Below are positions 27,653 to 36,126 of a stretch of 60,251 bases of DNA, piece by piece (position 1 is the stretch's first letter; every line of letters begins with the position of its first letter). The notes below the pieces were generated by a model. That model ran no database searches, had not been told where the DNA came from, and saw only the letters and a list, made by a program, of their open reading frames with translations. The DNA is taken from NCBI GenBank assembly GCA_030670545.1, contig DAOVBM010000004.1:1-60251 (forward strand). Reading direction: 5' to 3'. The DNA is from Candidatus Woesearchaeota archaeon. Its GTDB lineage: Archaea > Nanobdellota > Nanobdellia > Woesearchaeales > JAGLGH01. The translations under genes were made by a program, and so were the position numbers.

Positions 27653-27826
27653 GTAAGTAAAAATTCTGCTATTCAAAGAGCACCAGCATCATCAGTCAAA
27701 ACTTAATCATTTTCCTTATCCTGCTCGTCGCGGGGGGAAATCCCATTCGGGGACGCAGAGCCTTCTAATAACACATCCTAAGTTTTGAAGATGCTTGTGC
27801 TCAGTGACGTCTGACATTTTACTTAC
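27653..27826 (+). mobile_element. MITE family A, copy A2 (174 bp)
   Basis: Termini GTAAGTAAAAATTC ... GACATTTTACTTAC. Perfect 8-bp direct repeat ATTTTCAA at 27645-27652 and 27827-27834. Confidence 0.8.
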
Positions 27827-27837
27827 ATTTTCAACAA

Positions 27838-27847
27838 ATTATATAAA
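27838..27847 (+). promoter_or_regulatory. TATA box for 27870 gene
   Basis: ATTATATAAA is centred ~27 nt upstream of the ATG and lies immediately after the MITE A2 target duplication. Confidence 0.4.
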
Positions 27848-27869
27848 CAAGAATAACTTCTGAAAACTT

Positions 27870-28835
27870 ATGGACATCAGAGATAGAATCCTCCAGCTCA
27901 TACAGGAAAAAGGCCCAGTGATTCCAGTACAGATAGCAAAAGAAATAAATTCAAGCATCCTGCTGACTTCTGCTTACCTCTCAGAACTTGTCTCCCAGAA
28001 GAAACTTAAGATGTCTGTATTAAAAATTGGAGGAGGAAGTTCACTTTATTATATTCCTGGTCAGGAGTCTAGGCTGCAGGAGTTCGCAAATAATCTTAAT
28101 GAGAAAAACATGCGTACATTTGAATACCTCAAAGAGAATAAGGTATTGAGGGACAGTGAATTAACTCCTCTTATGAGGGTGTCTGTAAGGGAAATCAGGG
28201 ATTTTGCAAAACCATTAGAAGTAATGTTTGACAATAAGAAAGAAATATTCTGGAAATGGCATACTATTGACAATAAAGAGGCAGAGCAGGTAATCAAGCA
28301 GAAGCTGAACACCTCACTACCAATAGCAGAAACAGAAAACCACAAAAAGGAAACAAAAGAAAATAAAGCAGAAAAAGTAGAGAAAAAAGAGAATGTGCAA
28401 AAAAAATCAGCAGAATCTCAAAAGCAACCAATAGAAAGGCAGGAAAAGCTTCCACAAGAAAAGAAAACAACAGTTGATGTACAACAGGATCAAAGCAGTA
28501 TCACTATGTGGCAGAACGCAGACAGTCCATTCATAAGAAAGATAAAGAATTATATTAATATAAAGAATATTAAGCTAAGTGAAGTGAATATAAACAGGAA
28601 AGATTCAGACATAGAATTAATAATGAATATTGAATCTTCAATAGGCGAAGTTACATATTTTTGCAGGGCTAAGAACAAGAAGAAGATAAATGAAGGTGAT
28701 TTAAGTTCTGTATTCATGCAAGGGCAGATGAAAAAACTTCCAGCCTTTATGATTATGACAGGAAACATGACAAAAAAGGCAAAAGAAATGCTTGCAACAG
28801 AACTCAAGGGTCTTTCTGTTGTCAGGATAGAATAA
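27870..28835 (+). CDS. winged-helix protein with Lys/Glu-rich linker and C-terminal Mrr-cat/PD-(D/E)xK-like domain (catalytic residues uncertain)
   Basis: N-terminal wH (ILQLIQEKGPVIPVQIAKEIN..YLSELV), a second wH-like segment and a low-complexity linker. The C-terminus DIELIMN...VTYFCRAKNKKKINEGDLSSVFMQ....AFMIMTGNMTKKAKEMLA...LSVV follows the Mrr catalytic-domain layout, but RAK replaces (E/Q)xK. Confidence 0.45.
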   Translation: MDIRDRILQLIQEKGPVIPVQIAKEINSSILLTSAYLSELVSQKKLKMSVLKIGGGSSLYYIPGQESRLQEFANNLNEKNMRTFEYLKENKVLRDSELTPLMRVSVREIRDFAKPLEVMFDNKKEIFWKWHTIDNKEAEQVIKQKLNTSLPIAETENHKKETKENKAEKVEKKENVQKKSAESQKQPIERQEKLPQEKKTTVDVQQDQSSITMWQNADSPFIRKIKNYINIKNIKLSEVNINRKDSDIELIMNIESSIGEVTYFCRAKNKKKINEGDLSSVFMQGQMKKLPAFMIMTGNMTKKAKEMLATELKGLSVVRIE

Positions 28836-28836
28836 T

Positions 28837-28878
28837 CCTAAGATGCTTGTACTCCATGACATCTGACTTTTTACTTAC
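28837..28878 (+). mobile_element. MITE family A, fragment A3 (3' arm only)
   Basis: CCTAAGATGCTTGTACTCCATGACATCTGACTTTTTACTTAC matches the last ~42 nt of A1/A2. No 5' arm is present. It starts 1 nt after the stop of the preceding gene. Confidence 0.7.
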
Positions 28879-28892
28879 TCATTATCTATAAT

Positions 28893-28900
28893 TTTATATA
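28893..28900 (+). promoter_or_regulatory. TATA box for fen
   Basis: TTTATATA is centred ~27 nt upstream of the ATG at 28924. Confidence 0.45.
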
Positions 28901-28923
28901 TCATTTAGTTCATACTGTAAAAA

Positions 28924-29958
28924 ATGGGAGTTTCAATAACAGGGTTGCTGCCTTCAAAGAACATAAGGCTTGATGATATCAATGGAAAGATCATAGCAGT
29001 AGATGCACCATTATTCCTGTACCAGTTCATTTCTACAATCAGGCAGAGAGATGGTACACCTCTTATGGATTCCAAAGGAAGGGTAACAAGCCATTTGATT
29101 GGATTGTTCAACAGGACAATAAAGATGCTTGAAAAGGGAATAAAGCCAATTTTTGTGTTTGATGGAAAAGCGCCTGAACTTAAGAAAAAAGAGCAGGAGA
29201 GGCGCGCGCTGCTGAAGGAAGAAGCTAAAATAAAATATACGAAGGCCATTTCAGAAGAAGATATACTGTCTATGAAAAAGTATGCTATGCGCACATCAAA
29301 ATTGACGCCAGAGATGATTAAAGAATCAAAAGAGCTCCTTGCTGCAATGGGTGTCCCCATAATCCAGGCACCATCAGAAGGAGAAGCACAGGCATCATAT
29401 CTTGTAAAGAAAGGAGATGCATATGCAATAGCATCATCTGACACTGATTCTTTATTGTTTGGAGCGCAAAGAGTCATAAAGAATCTTGCTATAACTGGAA
29501 GAAGGAAAAAGACAAAATCACTGAGTTATGAGACAGTAAAGCCAGAACTTATTGAGCTTGACAAGGTGTTGAATGCTTTAGGTATAGACCATGACCAATT
29601 TATTGTATTATGCATTCTTGTAGGCACAGATTACAATCCTGATGGGATAAAAGGAATAGGCCCTAAGAGGGCGCTTGATACAGTAAGAAAATACAAAACA
29701 GACTTTGATGCAATGTTCAGCGACATGGAATGGAAAAAACATTTTGATTTTCCATGGACTGATATATTTTATCTTATAAAAAAAATGCCTGTTACAGATG
29801 AATATAATATACAATTTGGAAAAATAAATAAAGGGGAAATAATCCATCTCCTTGTAGAAGAACATGATTTTTCAAGAGAGAGGGTCGAATCCCAACTCAA
29901 TGCACTTGAAAAGCAGGAATCAAAGGCAAAGCAAAAAGGGCTGGGTGAATTTTTCTGA
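28924..29958 (+). CDS. fen: flap endonuclease 1
   Basis: XPG-N/XPG-I motifs (MGV..L......L..L.GK.IAVDA, FVFDG..PELK, SEGEAQASYL, DTDSLLFG) and a C-terminal PIP box QKGLGEFF. Confidence 0.93.
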   Translation: MGVSITGLLPSKNIRLDDINGKIIAVDAPLFLYQFISTIRQRDGTPLMDSKGRVTSHLIGLFNRTIKMLEKGIKPIFVFDGKAPELKKKEQERRALLKEEAKIKYTKAISEEDILSMKKYAMRTSKLTPEMIKESKELLAAMGVPIIQAPSEGEAQASYLVKKGDAYAIASSDTDSLLFGAQRVIKNLAITGRRKKTKSLSYETVKPELIELDKVLNALGIDHDQFIVLCILVGTDYNPDGIKGIGPKRALDTVRKYKTDFDAMFSDMEWKKHFDFPWTDIFYLIKKMPVTDEYNIQFGKINKGEIIHLLVEEHDFSRERVESQLNALEKQESKAKQKGLGEFF

Positions 29959-30824
29959 TGGAATGGTACATATATGCACTGATATCTGCAGTTGCAATGG
30001 GGCTTTCAACAATTTTGTGCAAGAAAGCGCTGTTTGATATGCATGTGATGGAATTCAGGACAACATTCAAGACACTCCAGCTAATCCCCTTAATGATTAT
30101 TTTGCCATTTGTAAATTTTGATATCTTGGCATGGCAGTATCTATACATATTTCTTATAGCGTTTATTGCAGTAGTTGCAGGGCTTTTTTGGGCGAAGGCA
30201 GTGAAACACAGCGAGATAAGCTCTGTAAGTCCACTCCAGAACATAAGCCCATTTTTCTTGGTAATCATGTCTTTCATATTTCTTAAGGAAGTGCTGACAA
30301 TGCAGCAGGTAATAGGAATAGCAATCATGATTATTGGCACTTACGTTCTTGAAGTGGACCATAAGATTTCTGACTTGAAAGGACCAATAATAAAGATAAT
30401 CAAGACGAAAACCATACATTTTGTATTCATTGGGCTTGTGCTTTATTCCCTCACTGCAATTGGAGATAAATATATGGTATCAAATATAAGCAGATTTACC
30501 TACATGTTCCTGATATGGATGTTTATGGCAATAATATATAATCTATTTTCACTGATATTCCACAAAGGATTCAAGGACGTGATTTATTGCATAAAAACAT
30601 CAGGAGGGATAATATTTATTGCAGGAATCCTTTCTTTTATTTCAGCATTAGCTTATTTCCAGGCTCTCACAATGACAATGGTCAGCCTTGTTATTCCGGT
30701 AAAGAGGCTTTCCACTTTATTTACCACAATAATTGGAGGCGAGCTTTTCCATGATCATGGCCTGAAGATTAAGATATTTGCATGCGTTATTATTATCCTT
30801 GGCTCATTGCTTGTTATATTGTAA
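29958..30824 (+). CDS. EamA/DMT-family transporter
   Basis: 288 aa with ~10 TM helices in two repeated halves. The start overlaps the fen stop (TGATG). Confidence 0.7.
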   Translation: MEWYIYALISAVAMGLSTILCKKALFDMHVMEFRTTFKTLQLIPLMIILPFVNFDILAWQYLYIFLIAFIAVVAGLFWAKAVKHSEISSVSPLQNISPFFLVIMSFIFLKEVLTMQQVIGIAIMIIGTYVLEVDHKISDLKGPIIKIIKTKTIHFVFIGLVLYSLTAIGDKYMVSNISRFTYMFLIWMFMAIIYNLFSLIFHKGFKDVIYCIKTSGGIIFIAGILSFISALAYFQALTMTMVSLVIPVKRLSTLFTTIIGGELFHDHGLKIKIFACVIIILGSLLVIL

Positions 30825-30830
30825 CTAAAA

Positions 30831-32597
30831 ATGGCAAAAATAATCACATTAAAGGTTCCGTTGAAGGAAATCCAGAAAACAAAGAGGTTACTGGCGGCTA
30901 AAGACTTATTCCTTCGGCATTATGAGATGCTTAAAGACAAAAAGTATGCATATATTCCTATAAAAAATACAGAAGAGGTCATAAGGATATTTAAAGAACA
31001 TAAAATGGTTAAAAAAGACATCAAAAGAATATCCAAAGAAAAAGGCATGAAAGAAATATTAGAATCAAGATTAACCCAAAAAGAGATTGAAAGCCTGAAA
31101 ACAGCTTATGATATGGTTGGTTCAATCGCGATCATTGAAATTGATGAGATTCTAAAGCATAAAGAAAAATTTATTGCTAAGACTCTGTTAAAAACAAACA
31201 AATCAATCAAGACTGTATTGAAAAAAGCAGGTGTTCATGATGGTATGTTCAGGACACAGAAGCTTAGCTGGCTTGCAGGAAAAAAGACAAGAGAAACAAC
31301 ATATAAAGAAAATAATATCCTGCTTAAGCTGGATGTTGAGGAGGTCTATTTCTCACCCAGGCTTAGTACTGAAAGAAAAAGGATAATGGGACTGGTAAAA
31401 GAAAGAGAAGATATTCTGGTAATGTTTTCAGGTTGCGCCCCTTATCCCTGTGTGCTTGCTAAAAATACAAATGCAAGAAACATCTTTGGTATAGAAATCA
31501 ATCCTATAGGCCATAAGTATGGCCTGGAAAATCTTAAGCTCAATAATATCCATAATGTTGTTCTTATCAATGGAGATGTCAAAAAGGTTGTCCCACATAT
31601 ATTCCACTACATTATTGGCCTGAAGTCTTGCGACAAAGAAGATGAGATGGAAACAAGGCTAAAACACCACCCTGTTTTTATGGAACTGCACCTGTTTGAT
31701 TCAGACATATTCAAAGGAAAGCAGAAGCTGGAGAAAACCATCATGGAGTTGCAGGCTAAAGGTGTCCACGTTGGGTTGCATATGCCATTCAGCCATGATG
31801 GCAAAAGTTATTCCCTTGGCCAAAAAGACATAAAAGAGGAACTAAGGATGTTTAAAATCCTGGGGGAGTTATGCAGAAAATATCATATCCAGGCAGTTGT
31901 GCACCCAACACAACAGATAGGGATTGCTGAAGATGAGGATATGCTTATTGAGAACATAAAAAAGCTTAAGAGATATTATGATTATTTTTATTTTGAGAAT
32001 GTTACACATGGCTTGTTTTCAAATGCTAATAACATAGTAAGGATAGGCAAAAAAGCAGGTATCAGGAACATGTGCATTGACACATGCCATCTTTTTATAA
32101 CATACCAGGACAATGATAAGATTAAGAAGCATATAAAGAAGATAAGAAAGCATTTTAATACATATTTTCATCTTAATGACCATGATTACAAAACACATTC
32201 ATGTGAGATAGGAAAGGGGTATATTGATTTTTCAAAAATTCTTCCTTATGTTAACAAAGGGGTAACAGAAGTTTGCGGGAAAGATGAAAAACATCCTAAA
32301 GAGATGATAAGAAGCTATCTGAAAATAGACCATAGCCTGCGAAAGTTTGACAGGATAATTATGCCCCTGCCCAAAACTGCAGAGGAGTTCCTGCCCATAT
32401 CTCTTAAAGTTGCAAAAAAAGGAACTATAATACATTTCTATGATTTTCTCAGGAAAGATGAGTTTGATATTGCAAAGCAGAAGATAGATAAGGCATGCAA
32501 GGGTGCTGGCTTAAAATATAAGATATTGAAAATTGTGAAATGCGGTCAGCACGCTCCTTATGTGTTCAGGATATGCGTTGATTTTAAAATTCTGTAA
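30831..32597 (+). CDS. trm5: Trm5/Taw2-type (Met-10+ like) tRNA methyltransferase carrying a nested xylose-isomerase-like TIM-barrel (AP endonuclease 2 family) domain
   Basis: Trm5 segments: YDMVGSIAIIEI, LDVEEVYFSPRLSTER, SAM-binding ILVMFSGCAPY, IEINP, then ..GDVKKVVPHI // FDRIIMPLPKTAEEFL...GTIIHFYDF...ICVDFKIL. The ~248 aa between the two slashes carry FENVTHG, IDTCH and HLNDHD..H..IGKGYIDF. Confidence 0.75.
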   Translation: MAKIITLKVPLKEIQKTKRLLAAKDLFLRHYEMLKDKKYAYIPIKNTEEVIRIFKEHKMVKKDIKRISKEKGMKEILESRLTQKEIESLKTAYDMVGSIAIIEIDEILKHKEKFIAKTLLKTNKSIKTVLKKAGVHDGMFRTQKLSWLAGKKTRETTYKENNILLKLDVEEVYFSPRLSTERKRIMGLVKEREDILVMFSGCAPYPCVLAKNTNARNIFGIEINPIGHKYGLENLKLNNIHNVVLINGDVKKVVPHIFHYIIGLKSCDKEDEMETRLKHHPVFMELHLFDSDIFKGKQKLEKTIMELQAKGVHVGLHMPFSHDGKSYSLGQKDIKEELRMFKILGELCRKYHIQAVVHPTQQIGIAEDEDMLIENIKKLKRYYDYFYFENVTHGLFSNANNIVRIGKKAGIRNMCIDTCHLFITYQDNDKIKKHIKKIRKHFNTYFHLNDHDYKTHSCEIGKGYIDFSKILPYVNKGVTEVCGKDEKHPKEMIRSYLKIDHSLRKFDRIIMPLPKTAEEFLPISLKVAKKGTIIHFYDFLRKDEFDIAKQKIDKACKGAGLKYKILKIVKCGQHAPYVFRICVDFKIL

Positions 32598-32669
32598 TTT
32601 ACACGAAAAAAAACAGAAAGCCTTGTCCTTTAGGGCTTGGTAAGTCGGATTTTAGGATTTCCATGACAT

Positions 32670-33743
32670 TCATTTTGAATCAATTCCCACAGCTTCTTTG
32701 ATTGACCCTAACCCATCACGTTCTAATAACCTAACCAGCCCTTTATTTATTTTATTAATCATGCCCGGACCTTCATATATAAGTCCAGTATATACTTGGA
32801 TAATGGAAGCACCAGCCTTTATTTTTTCATAAGCATCTTCTGCAGAGAATATGCCTCCAACACCGATTATGAATGGATTATTCAGATTTTTGTATGCATA
32901 GGATATTAATCCTGTTGACATTTCTCTTATTGGCTTACCGCTTATTCCAAACTTTCCAGAAATAAGAGGGTCCCTTTTTAGACAATTGGTTTGCGAAGAA
33001 GTATTGCCTATAACATAACCTGTTATTCCTTTGCTTTCTCCTATATTTAATATATTGTCTAATGACTGGTAAGACACATCCGGCGATATTTTAACAAGAA
33101 TTGGCTTTTTGTTTTTAAAATCCTGTTGTTTCTCTTTTAAAGCTGAAAGGAGTTCATCAAGAGCTAATTTATCTTCAAATGATCTTGCATCCTCTGTATT
33201 TGGGCAGCTTATGTTTATTGTTATATAATCTGCTAAGGAGTATAATCTCCCAAAAGAATAACAAATATCTTTTATTGCTCTGTCCTGGAGAATTGTTGTA
33301 TAATTTGTTGGGGCAATATTTATTCCTAAAGGGATTTTGAAGTTTTTTTCTTTTAATCTATCATAAATTTCGTCTGCCCCGTTGTTATTAAGCCCCATTC
33401 TGTTTACTATTGCTTTTTCTTCTACTATTCTTTCTATTGTATTTTTATTGTCAGCCTTTTTTGGAAGCGCGGTTATTGACCCTATCTCAATGAATCCAAA
33501 ACCAAGACAGTCAAGAAAGTCAGTCAATTCACCATTCTTATCAAAACCAGCAGCAAGACCAACAGGATTGCGAAAATCAATACCTTTCACCCTTGCCATT
33601 AGCCCTTTATCCTGAAAATTATAAACTGCTTTAATTATCCTGCTTACTCTTAGCCTCTTTAGTTTTTTTCCTACCTCTATTGATTTTTTATGTATTTCTT
33701 GCGCATTATAACTAAAAAGCAGAGGCCTTATGAACTGATACAT
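32670..33743 (-). CDS. pyrD: dihydroorotate dehydrogenase (class 2-like)
   Basis: NPVGLAAGFDKNGE, GFGFIEIGSIT, ISCPNT and GVGGI motifs, plus an N-terminal extension as in quinone-type enzymes. Confidence 0.85.
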   Translation of the reverse strand: MYQFIRPLLFSYNAQEIHKKSIEVGKKLKRLRVSRIIKAVYNFQDKGLMARVKGIDFRNPVGLAAGFDKNGELTDFLDCLGFGFIEIGSITALPKKADNKNTIERIVEEKAIVNRMGLNNNGADEIYDRLKEKNFKIPLGINIAPTNYTTILQDRAIKDICYSFGRLYSLADYITINISCPNTEDARSFEDKLALDELLSALKEKQQDFKNKKPILVKISPDVSYQSLDNILNIGESKGITGYVIGNTSSQTNCLKRDPLISGKFGISGKPIREMSTGLISYAYKNLNNPFIIGVGGIFSAEDAYEKIKAGASIIQVYTGLIYEGPGMINKINKGLVRLLERDGLGSIKEAVGIDSK

Positions 33744-33851
33744 ATTTTGATGTAATCACTATGGATTTAAAAATATATTGACTAAAAGTTAGAAACCTAT
33801 ATATATCGCAATGCTATTCCCAATAGAAAGCAACATGCTTTAGAAGTGCAA

Positions 33852-33922
33852 CACTGCAATGATCGAGTGAACACCAGCTGATCCGAAAGGAGATGAAGAA
33901 CGGTAGTAACTGGTGAGCTGTG
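33852..33922 (+). ncRNA. candidate C/D box sRNA
   Basis: Terminal stem CACTGC/GCTGTG (5 of 6 bp). C box AUGAUCG (33859-65), a 12-nt spacer, D' CUGA (33878-81), an 8-nt linker, C' GAGAUGA (33890-96) and D box GUGA (33913-16). C-box position 6 (C) and D-box position 1 (G) are swapped together relative to the consensus G/C pair. Confidence 0.4.
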
Positions 33923-33948
33923 CATAGATTCTATTGATTAGAGGCCAA

Positions 33949-35103
33949 TTACCCAAACATACCCACATATTCTTTATCTTCAACAGATTTTTCTTTATTT
34001 ACCTTGTTTATAGCATTCAAGAAATCGTCCATAACCACTTTTTTCTTGTTCTTTCTTATTGCGAAATATCCTGCTTCTGTGCACATTGCAGCAATCTCTG
34101 CTCCAGAGTACCCAACAATCTTGCTTACTATTTTTTCGATATCTACAGATTTGTCCATAGGCATATTTCTTGTATGTATATTGAATATCTGTTCTACACC
34201 CTCTTTGCTGGGCAGGGGCACATGTATTATTCTATCAAGTCTCCCTGGTCTAAGTATTGCAGGATCAAGTATATCTTTTCTGTTTGTGCAGCCAATTATC
34301 TTGACATTTCCAAGGTTCTTGAATCCATCAATCTCTGCAAGAAGCTGCATAAATGTCCTCTGCACTTCCCTTTCTCCGCTAGTCCCTATCTCTATCCTTC
34401 TCGCAGCAAGGGCATCTATTTCATCTATAAATACTATTGAAGGAGCCTTTTCCCGTGCAAGCTCAAATATCTCTTTAATCAGCTTGGCGCCTTCTCCTAT
34501 GAATTTCTGCACTAACTCAGAAGCAACAATTTCTATGAATGTTGAATTTGTAGAAGATGCAACAGCCTTTGCAAGAAGAGTCTTTCCTGTTCCAGGTTCC
34601 CCATATAACAATGCACCTTTTGGTGGCTTTATACCAAGCTTTTTGAAAAGATCCGGTTTCTTCAATGGAAGCTCAACAATCTCATGAATCTCATTTATCT
34701 GTTCTGATATTCCACCAATATCTTTCCATGATGTTTTTGGCTTCTCTATTATCACAAATTTCTCAACATTGAATTTCTTTGATTTTGGTGATTTTTTGAT
34801 TATAGTAAGATTCTTCTGCTCTGAAAGAACAGAATCCCCTGGAGCCAGTTTCCCGCATTCTCCAGATATTTCGACAAGGAACTCATTTCCATTTTGGAGC
34901 CTGATAATTGCTTTGTCTTTTACCAGATCAATCACTTCACACATTATCAAGGGCGTTGACCTATACTTGTCAAGCTCTCTCTTGAGCTGGTCTATTGTCT
35001 CCTTAAGCAGCCGGTTCTCTAATTCCCACTGTGAATTGTCAGAATTATAATTATACATTACACTGTCAACGATATTGTGCTCTTTTGGGTTTGAGTTTTC
35101 CAT
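33949..35103 (-). CDS. pan: proteasome-activating nucleotidase PAN (AAA+ ATPase)
   Basis: N-terminal coiled coil, an OB region, Walker A GEPGTGKTLLAKA and Walker B IVFIDEIDA. The track start at 35163 is a GTG. The ATG at 35103 has a TATA box ~28 nt upstream. Confidence 0.9.
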   Translation of the reverse strand: MENSNPKEHNIVDSVMYNYNSDNSQWELENRLLKETIDQLKRELDKYRSTPLIMCEVIDLVKDKAIIRLQNGNEFLVEISGECGKLAPGDSVLSEQKNLTIIKKSPKSKKFNVEKFVIIEKPKTSWKDIGGISEQINEIHEIVELPLKKPDLFKKLGIKPPKGALLYGEPGTGKTLLAKAVASSTNSTFIEIVASELVQKFIGEGAKLIKEIFELAREKAPSIVFIDEIDALAARRIEIGTSGEREVQRTFMQLLAEIDGFKNLGNVKIIGCTNRKDILDPAILRPGRLDRIIHVPLPSKEGVEQIFNIHTRNMPMDKSVDIEKIVSKIVGYSGAEIAAMCTEAGYFAIRKNKKKVVMDDFLNAINKVNKEKSVEDKEYVGMFG

Positions 35104-35127
35104 ATAATTGTGATTAATAGAGTTTAT

Positions 35128-35135
35128 TATATAAA
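35128..35135 (-). promoter_or_regulatory. TATA box (TTTATATA on minus strand) for pan
   Basis: Centred ~28 nt upstream of the ATG at 35103. Confidence 0.45.
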
Positions 35136-35199
35136 GTTTTTGAAAAATAGTGGGTATCAGCACAAATTACAAAAGTATAAATACAATATAATTTATTTT

Positions 35200-36048
35200 A
35201 TGCATTACATGAAAAACACAGACTTGCATACACATAGCCTTTATTCAGATGGAGAATTGTCTCCATTAGACTTAGTAAGGCTTGCAAAAAAGAAAGGGAT
35301 AAGGAACCTGGCATTGACAGACCATAATTCTGTAAAAGGAATCAGTGAAGCTATAAAAGAAGGCAAAAAGAAAGGAATAAATATAATCCCAGCTGTTGAG
35401 GTGATTGTAAAAGATTGGGAAATATTAGGATATTTTATTGATTTTAAAGATAAGAACTTAAAGAAGAGCCTTAAAAGAGCATCTTATTATAACAATGAAA
35501 AGACCAGAAGGATGATAGATGCACTTAATAATCAGGGATATAATATATCCTATAAGAAAATCCTAAAAGAATATCCCTATTCTAAAGATAACCACAACAA
35601 AGCCCATCTTATCTATTATTTCTATAAACTTTTAGGGTATTCCCGGAAAAAGACTTTGGAAATTCTTAATAAAGTCAGGATCAGGGAACCAAAAATGAAA
35701 GATATATCTGCAATAGGTGGAATTCGGTTAATAAAAAAATATAATGGCGTGCCAGTACTTGCGCATCCCTGGCTGAATAAAAAGAATTTTACTAGGACTA
35801 ATATCAGGAGATTTGTCAGGGCAGGATTAAAAGGAATTGAGATTGAGAATGGTGAAGAATATAATTTTGGAAGGACAAAAGAATTTGTTGAAAAAATCAA
35901 AAGAATCGCTAAAAAATATGATTTGATTCTCACAAGCGGAAGCGATTACCATGGAAAAATAATGTCTGAACTCACAGGAACACATCACTTAGGGAAATAT
36001 AACTGTGACGTGAAAGTTGTTGGAAAACTTAAATCATCAAGAAAATAA
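35200..36048 (+). CDS. PHP-domain metal-dependent phosphoesterase
   Basis: DLHTHSLYSDG, ALTDHNSVKG, AHP and SGSDYHG motifs. The track start at 35110 is a GTG inside the pan promoter, so the ATG at 35200 is preferred. Confidence 0.8.
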   Translation: MHYMKNTDLHTHSLYSDGELSPLDLVRLAKKKGIRNLALTDHNSVKGISEAIKEGKKKGINIIPAVEVIVKDWEILGYFIDFKDKNLKKSLKRASYYNNEKTRRMIDALNNQGYNISYKKILKEYPYSKDNHNKAHLIYYFYKLLGYSRKKTLEILNKVRIREPKMKDISAIGGIRLIKKYNGVPVLAHPWLNKKNFTRTNIRRFVRAGLKGIEIENGEEYNFGRTKEFVEKIKRIAKKYDLILTSGSDYHGKIMSELTGTHHLGKYNCDVKVVGKLKSSRK

Positions 36049-36094
36049 CAGGGTTATTATTTCTTTCCTTGGCTGAAAACACAAAAAGCGAACG

Positions 36095-36102
36095 TTTAAA
36101 TA
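36095..36102 (+). promoter_or_regulatory. TATA box (CGTTTAAATACT context) for aminopeptidase gene
   Basis: Centred ~28 nt upstream of the ATG at 36127. Confidence 0.45.
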
Positions 36103-36126
36103 CTTATCATATTCTCAATTGACATC

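Noticed and set aside
31602-32345. The insert in Trm5 considered as an intein or a frameshift-fused separate gene.
   Set aside because: There is no Cys/Ser/Thr at the N-terminal junction with a His-Asn at the C-terminal junction, and no Hint or homing-endonuclease blocks. The reading frame is continuous, and the host domain resumes exactly where it stopped.
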